Positions 59,810-64,000 of a DNA stretch of 64,000 nucleotides are shown piece by piece. The stretch is from assembly GCA_029218465.1 (NCBI GenBank), contig JAQXRJ010000098.1:255-64254 (forward strand), given 5' to 3'. This DNA is from a bacterium (GTDB taxonomy: Bacteria; Bacillota_I; Bacilli_A; RF39; UBA660). A program made the position numbers and the translations under genes. How positions within the stretch are numbered: position 1 is the first letter of the stretch; each line of letters opens with the position of its first letter. The notes beneath the pieces are model-generated. The model was given only the letters and a program-made list of their open reading frames with translations. It did no database searches and was not told the origin of the DNA.

Positions 59810-61072
59810 TTATCTTCTCTTATAACCTTTCTTATAATTTCTTGAAACAAGACTACCCTCTAATTGCTTATAAGTTTCTAGTGCAACTCCTACAACTATT
59901 AGCAAACTCGTACCACCTATTGTAACTGTTGAAGATAATCCTGATAAATTACTAAATACTATTGGAAGTCCAGCAATAATTACTAAGAATATTCCACCAA
60001 TTATTGTTAATTTTGATAGTACTTTAGAAATATAATTTTCTGTATCTTTTCCAGGTCTAATACCAGGAATAAATCCACCATTTTCTTTTAAGTTCTTTGC
60101 CAAATCTTCAGGTTTTAGCTGTATAAATGTATAAAAATAAGCAAAGAAGAAAATAAGTAATACAAATATTATAAATCCAACTGGTTTAGTATAAGTTAAA
60201 TAATTATTAACAAAATTAGTAAATGCATCTTTTTTAATAAATTGGGCTATAGTAGCAGGTATTGCTAATAAGCTTGATGCAAATATTACTGGAATAACTC
60301 CTGCCGTATTTACTTTAATAGGCATGAATGATTGATTAGCATAAACGCTTGTTGATTTGTTTGCATATTGAATAGGAATTTTTCTCTCAGCAAGTTCTAC
60401 AAATATTACTCCAACTATAATAGCAAAATAAATAACAACAAATAGAACAAACAAAAGTATTCCTAACCATAAATCTAAATTACTAGTTAATATTAATTCT
60501 TTAAATGCAGTTATGAACATATTAGGTAGGGTTGCAATAATACCAGCCATAATTATTAATGATATACCATTTCCAATTCCTTTTTGAGTTACTTGATCAC
60601 CAAGCCATAAAAGGAATGCAGTACCAGCAGTTAATATAGTTGCAACATAGATATAATCTATAGTAGTTTTACCAGAACCTAAGAATGCATATGAAAATGC
60701 AAATCCTTCAATAAAAGCAAATATAATACCCATATACCTAGTTATTTGATTTAATTTTTGTCTTCCAACAGGTCCTTCATCCTTTAACTCACTAAAATAT
60801 GGAACGATATCCATTTCCAGTAATTGTACAATAATTGATGCAGTAATATATGGCATAACTCCTAAAGCAAATATTGAAAATTGTTTTAAAGCTCCTCCGC
60901 CCATTACATTTATTAATTCAAGAAAACCTAAATTAACAGTTACATCTGCAGTACCTGGAACCTGCACACCCGTACCAATAACAAATATCATCAAAGCACC
61001 TAAAGTAAATAATATTCTTAATCTCAAATCCTTATTTGTAGGTGCAAATAATTGTTTCATTGTATGAAACAT
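59810..61072 (-). CDS. secY: preprotein translocase SecY
   Basis: 10-TM SecY-like sequence at the conserved operon position. Confidence 0.95.
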   Translation of the reverse strand: MFHTMKQLFAPTNKDLRLRILFTLGALMIFVIGTGVQVPGTADVTVNLGFLELINVMGGGALKQFSIFALGVMPYITASIIVQLLEMDIVPYFSELKDEGPVGRQKLNQITRYMGIIFAFIEGFAFSYAFLGSGKTTIDYIYVATILTAGTAFLLWLGDQVTQKGIGNGISLIIMAGIIATLPNMFITAFKELILTSNLDLWLGILLFVLFVVIYFAIIVGVIFVELAERKIPIQYANKSTSVYANQSFMPIKVNTAGVIPVIFASSLLAIPATIAQFIKKDAFTNFVNNYLTYTKPVGFIIFVLLIFFFAYFYTFIQLKPEDLAKNLKENGGFIPGIRPGKDTENYISKVLSKLTIIGGIFLVIIAGLPIVFSNLSGLSSTVTIGGTSLLIVVGVALETYKQLEGSLVSRNYKKGYKRR

Positions 61073-61073
61073 A

Positions 61074-61517
61074 TTAGATCACCTCTATTTTACTTCCAGA
61101 TTCTTCTATTTTATCCACAGCACTTTTTGAAAATTTATGTGCTTGAATAGTTAATTTTTTATTTAAAGTTCCATTACCTAAAACTTTAATACCATTTAAT
61201 TGTTTTTTTACTAATCCAACTTCTTTTAATAAAGCTGGCGTAACTAATGTACCTTCTTCAAAAATATTTAAATCTTCAACGTTAATAGTAGCATATTTAA
61301 CTTTAAATATATAATTTGAAAATCCTCTCTTTGGAAGTCTTCTATATAAAGGCAATTGTCCACCTTCAAATACAGCTCTTACTCCTCCACCACTACGAGC
61401 GTTTTGTCCTTTATGTCCTTTTCCACTAGTTTTTCCAAGTCCTGATCCTGGTCCACGTCCTACAATTTTTCTCTTTTGTGTAGCACCAATATTTTTCTCT
61501 AACTCATGTAATTTCAT
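61074..61517 (-). CDS. rplO: 50S ribosomal protein L15
   Basis: [19 protein letters not shown]. Confidence 0.95.
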   Translation of the reverse strand: MKLHELEKNIGATQKRKIVGRGPGSGLGKTSGKGHKGQNARSGGGVRAVFEGGQLPLYRRLPKRGFSNYIFKVKYATINVEDLNIFEEGTLVTPALLKEVGLVKKQLNGIKVLGNGTLNKKLTIQAHKFSKSAVDKIEESGSKIEVI

Positions 61518-62026
61518 TATCCTAATATCTCCTCTACTGTTTTGCCTCTTAATTTTGCAACATGTTCTATTGACTTAATTTGTTTTAGAGCATCTATTGT
61601 AGCACCTGCCATATTAGTTTTAGTTCTAGATCCTAGTGATTTTGAAATGATATCTTGAACACCTGCAAGTTCAAGTACAGCTCTAACTGCACCACCAGCA
61701 ATAACTCCAGTACCTGCAGCAGCTGGTTTCAATAAAACTTTAGCAGCTCCAGCTACACCATGAACTTCATGAGCTATTGTTCTTCTATCAACTAGAGGCA
61801 CATTAATCAAATTTTTATTAGCAGCTTGAATAGCCTTTTTTATTGCATCAGGTACTTCGTTAGCTTTACCAACACCTAATCCAACTTTACCTTTTTTATC
61901 CCCAACAACAACAGTAGCTGAGAATCTTCTTTGTCTACCACCTTTGTTAACTTTAACAACACTTTTAATTTCGACAACTAATTCTTCTAATGTTTTTGCT
62001 TTTGGGTCATTTTTTCTATTTTGCAT
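61517..62026 (-). CDS. rpsE: 30S ribosomal protein S5
   Basis: V.KV.KGGR...F...VVVGD..G.VG.G.GKA. Confidence 0.95.
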   Translation of the reverse strand: MQNRKNDPKAKTLEELVVEIKSVVKVNKGGRQRRFSATVVVGDKKGKVGLGVGKANEVPDAIKKAIQAANKNLINVPLVDRRTIAHEVHGVAGAAKVLLKPAAAGTGVIAGGAVRAVLELAGVQDIISKSLGSRTKTNMAGATIDALKQIKSIEHVAKLRGKTVEEILG

Positions 62027-62040
62027 AAATACCCTCCCTA

Positions 62041-62412
62041 TTAGAATTCTAATCCTGATTCACGTGCAGCTTCAGCTAAAGCTTTTACACGTCCATGATA
62101 AAGATGTCCACCTCTATCAAATATTACTTCTTTAATGTTTGCTTTTAGTGCTCTTTCAGCTAATAATTTACCAACTTTAGTAGCAGCTTCTATATTACCG
62201 CCGTTAGCTAATTTAAGATCTTTATCAATTGATGAAGCACTGACTAAAGTAACACCATTTTCATCATCAATAAGTTGAGCAAATATATTTGAATTAGATC
62301 TATAAACACTTAATCTTGGAACAGCTACAGTTCCGTGCAAATTAGTTCTAATCCTATCATGTCTTGCTTTACGCATAACATTTCTTGATACTTTATTTAT
62401 CATAAGCAACAC
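62041..62412 (-). CDS. rplR: 50S ribosomal protein L18
   Basis: RHDRIR...[17 protein letters not shown]. Confidence 0.94.
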   Translation of the reverse strand: MLLMINKVSRNVMRKARHDRIRTNLHGTVAVPRLSVYRSNSNIFAQLIDDENGVTLVSASSIDKDLKLANGGNIEAATKVGKLLAERALKANIKEVIFDRGGHLYHGRVKALAEAARESGLEF

Positions 62413-62427
62413 TCCTTATCTTATTTT

Positions 62428-62964
62428 TTAAGCAGCTTTTTTTCCTTCCTTACGGCGAATATGTTCATCTTTATAACGAATACCTTTTCCCTTATAAGGC
62501 TCTGGTTTTCTTACTTTTCTGATGTTTGCTGCGAATTCACCAACTTTTTCTTTAGCAATACCACTAACTGTTAATTCAGTATTACTTGGAACTTCAACCT
62601 TAATTCCTTCTGGAATATCAAGTTCAACTTGATGAGAATATCCTGCATTTATTACAAGCTTGTTACCTTTTAAGGCAAAACGATAACCAACACCTACTAT
62701 TTCAAGTTTTTTTTCAAAACCTTTTGTAACACCAACAAGCATATTTGCTATATTAGCATTAGTTGTACCATGCATAGCTTTTGCTTCGTTAGTTTCATCC
62801 GCTCTTTTAATAACTATAATATTATTTTCAACTGAAGCTGAAATTTTTTTAGTTAGAGTTGTTGTTAATTCTCCTTTAGGTCCTTTTACTGTAACAACTT
62901 TATCTGTAATGTCAACTGTAACTCCTGTAGGAATCTCTAATTTTCTATTTCCTATACGACTCAT
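62428..62964 (-). CDS. rplF: 50S ribosomal protein L6
   Basis: MSRIG...I..P.GV.V...VTVKGPKGEL. Confidence 0.95.
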   Translation of the reverse strand: MSRIGNRKLEIPTGVTVDITDKVVTVKGPKGELTTTLTKKISASVENNIIVIKRADETNEAKAMHGTTNANIANMLVGVTKGFEKKLEIVGVGYRFALKGNKLVINAGYSHQVELDIPEGIKVEVPSNTELTVSGIAKEKVGEFAANIRKVRKPEPYKGKGIRYKDEHIRRKEGKKAA

Positions 62965-62990
62965 ATTCAGTCCTCCTTACATTGTTGTTA

Positions 62991-63392
62991 TTACCAAATA
63001 TACGCAAGAACTTCTCCACCAAGATTTTGTTTACGAGCATCTTTGTCAGTCATAATACCTTTAGATGTAGAAATAATTGCAATTCCCAATCCATTTAATA
63101 CTTTAGGTATTTCGTCACTTTTAGCATATACTCTAAGTCCTGGTTTTGAAATACGTTTTAATCCAGTAATTACTCTTTCTTTTTTTTCTCCATATTTAAG
63201 TGTTAATTCAATTGTTCCCTGAACATTATTCTTAACAACTTTGTAATCATTAATATATCCTTCTTCTTTTAAAATTCTAGCAAGTTCAATTTTCAAATTT
63301 GAAGCAGGCACTGAAACATCTGTATAACGCATAGCATTAGCATTACGAATACGTGTTAGCATATCTGCAATTGTATCAGTTACTACAGCCAT
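62991..63392 (-). CDS. rpsH: 30S ribosomal protein S8
   Basis: [13 protein letters not shown]. Confidence 0.95.
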   Translation of the reverse strand: MAVVTDTIADMLTRIRNANAMRYTDVSVPASNLKIELARILKEEGYINDYKVVKNNVQGTIELTLKYGEKKERVITGLKRISKPGLRVYAKSDEIPKVLNGLGIAIISTSKGIMTDKDARKQNLGGEVLAYIW

Positions 63393-63411
63393 AATATTTC
63401 CTCCTTCCCAA

Positions 63412-63597
63412 TTACCAGCTTGATTTTTTTATCCCTGGTATTTGTCCTTTATAAGCTAATTCTCTAAAACAAATACGGCATATTCCAAATTTGCTCATAA
63501 CAGCATGTGGTCTACCACATCTTTTGCAACGTGTATATTCACGAACTTTGAATTTTTGTTTTTTATTAGCTTTAACAATCATACTTTTTTTTGCCAT
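63412..63597 (-). CDS. rpsZ: 30S ribosomal protein S14 type Z (zinc-binding)
   Basis: 61 aa with [10 protein letters not shown]...CRIC. Confidence 0.94.
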   Translation of the reverse strand: MAKKSMIVKANKKQKFKVREYTRCKRCGRPHAVMSKFGICRICFRELAYKGQIPGIKKSSW

Positions 63598-63611
63598 TAT
63601 TTACCCTCCAA

Positions 63612-64000
63612 TTACTTTCTAAATGGAATTCCAAGTTCATCTAATAAATCATAAGCCTCTTCATTAGTCTTAGCAGTTGTGACAAAAACAATGTCCATTC
63701 CACGCACTTTAACAACATCATCATACTCAATTTCTGAGAATATTAATTGTTCTTTTATTCCTAATGTATAGTTTCCTCTTCCATCAAATGCTTTAGATGA
63801 TACACCTCTGAAATCTCTAACCCTTGGTAGTCCAATTGAAATAAGTTTATCCATAAAGTTATACATATTTTCTCCTCTAAGTGTAACTTTGCATCCGATT
63901 GCTTGACCTTCTCTAACCTTGAAACCAGCTATTGATTTTCTTGCTTTTGTTATTACAGGCTTTTGTCCAGAAATAAGCTCTAAATCATGAATTGCTGCAT
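63612..64000 (-). CDS. rplE: 50S ribosomal protein L5 (C-terminal part; N-terminus off window)
   Basis: The frame stays open to the window edge (…[46 protein letters not shown]...). The track only reports it from an internal Met. Confidence 0.93.
   Translation of the reverse strand, partial: AAIHDLELISGQKPVITKARKSIAGFKVREGQAIGCKVTLRGENMYNFMDKLISIGLPRVRDFRGVSSKAFDGRGNYTLGIKEQLIFSEIEYDDVVKVRGMDIVFVTTAKTNEEAYDLLDELGIPFRK

Overview
This is a very low-GC Firmicutes chromosome segment whose gene order resembles Bacilli or Erysipelotrichia. All calls come from hand translation and motif recognition; no database search was run. Most of the window is core: recG, PFOR, feoAB, nrdDG, recA, pgsA, rodZ, RNase P RNA, gpsB, recU-ponA, nth-dnaD-cca, hup, ligA-pcrA, and the distal spc/alpha ribosomal operon from rplE to rplQ. 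There are three accessory blocks. (1) An element of about 8.2 kb (about 42610-50850) is inserted inside the substrate-binding-protein gene of an ABC transporter. It carries a large serine recombinase, a Rep-iteron-DnaB-like replication module, and a cargo operon with no recognisable domains. No structural phage genes are visible. (2) A sortase locus (21837-28434) encodes a thioester-domain adhesin plus two unknown membrane or metalloprotease-like proteins. (3) A second thioester-domain adhesin lies at 52918-54681. Other oddities: nrdD is interrupted by one in-frame TAG just before its glycyl-radical domain, which has its own SD and ATG. A canonical Fic gene has a translationally coupled 57-aa upstream ORF. 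An orphan promoter-terminator unit sits between recG and PFOR. No CRISPR array, rRNA or transposase was seen.
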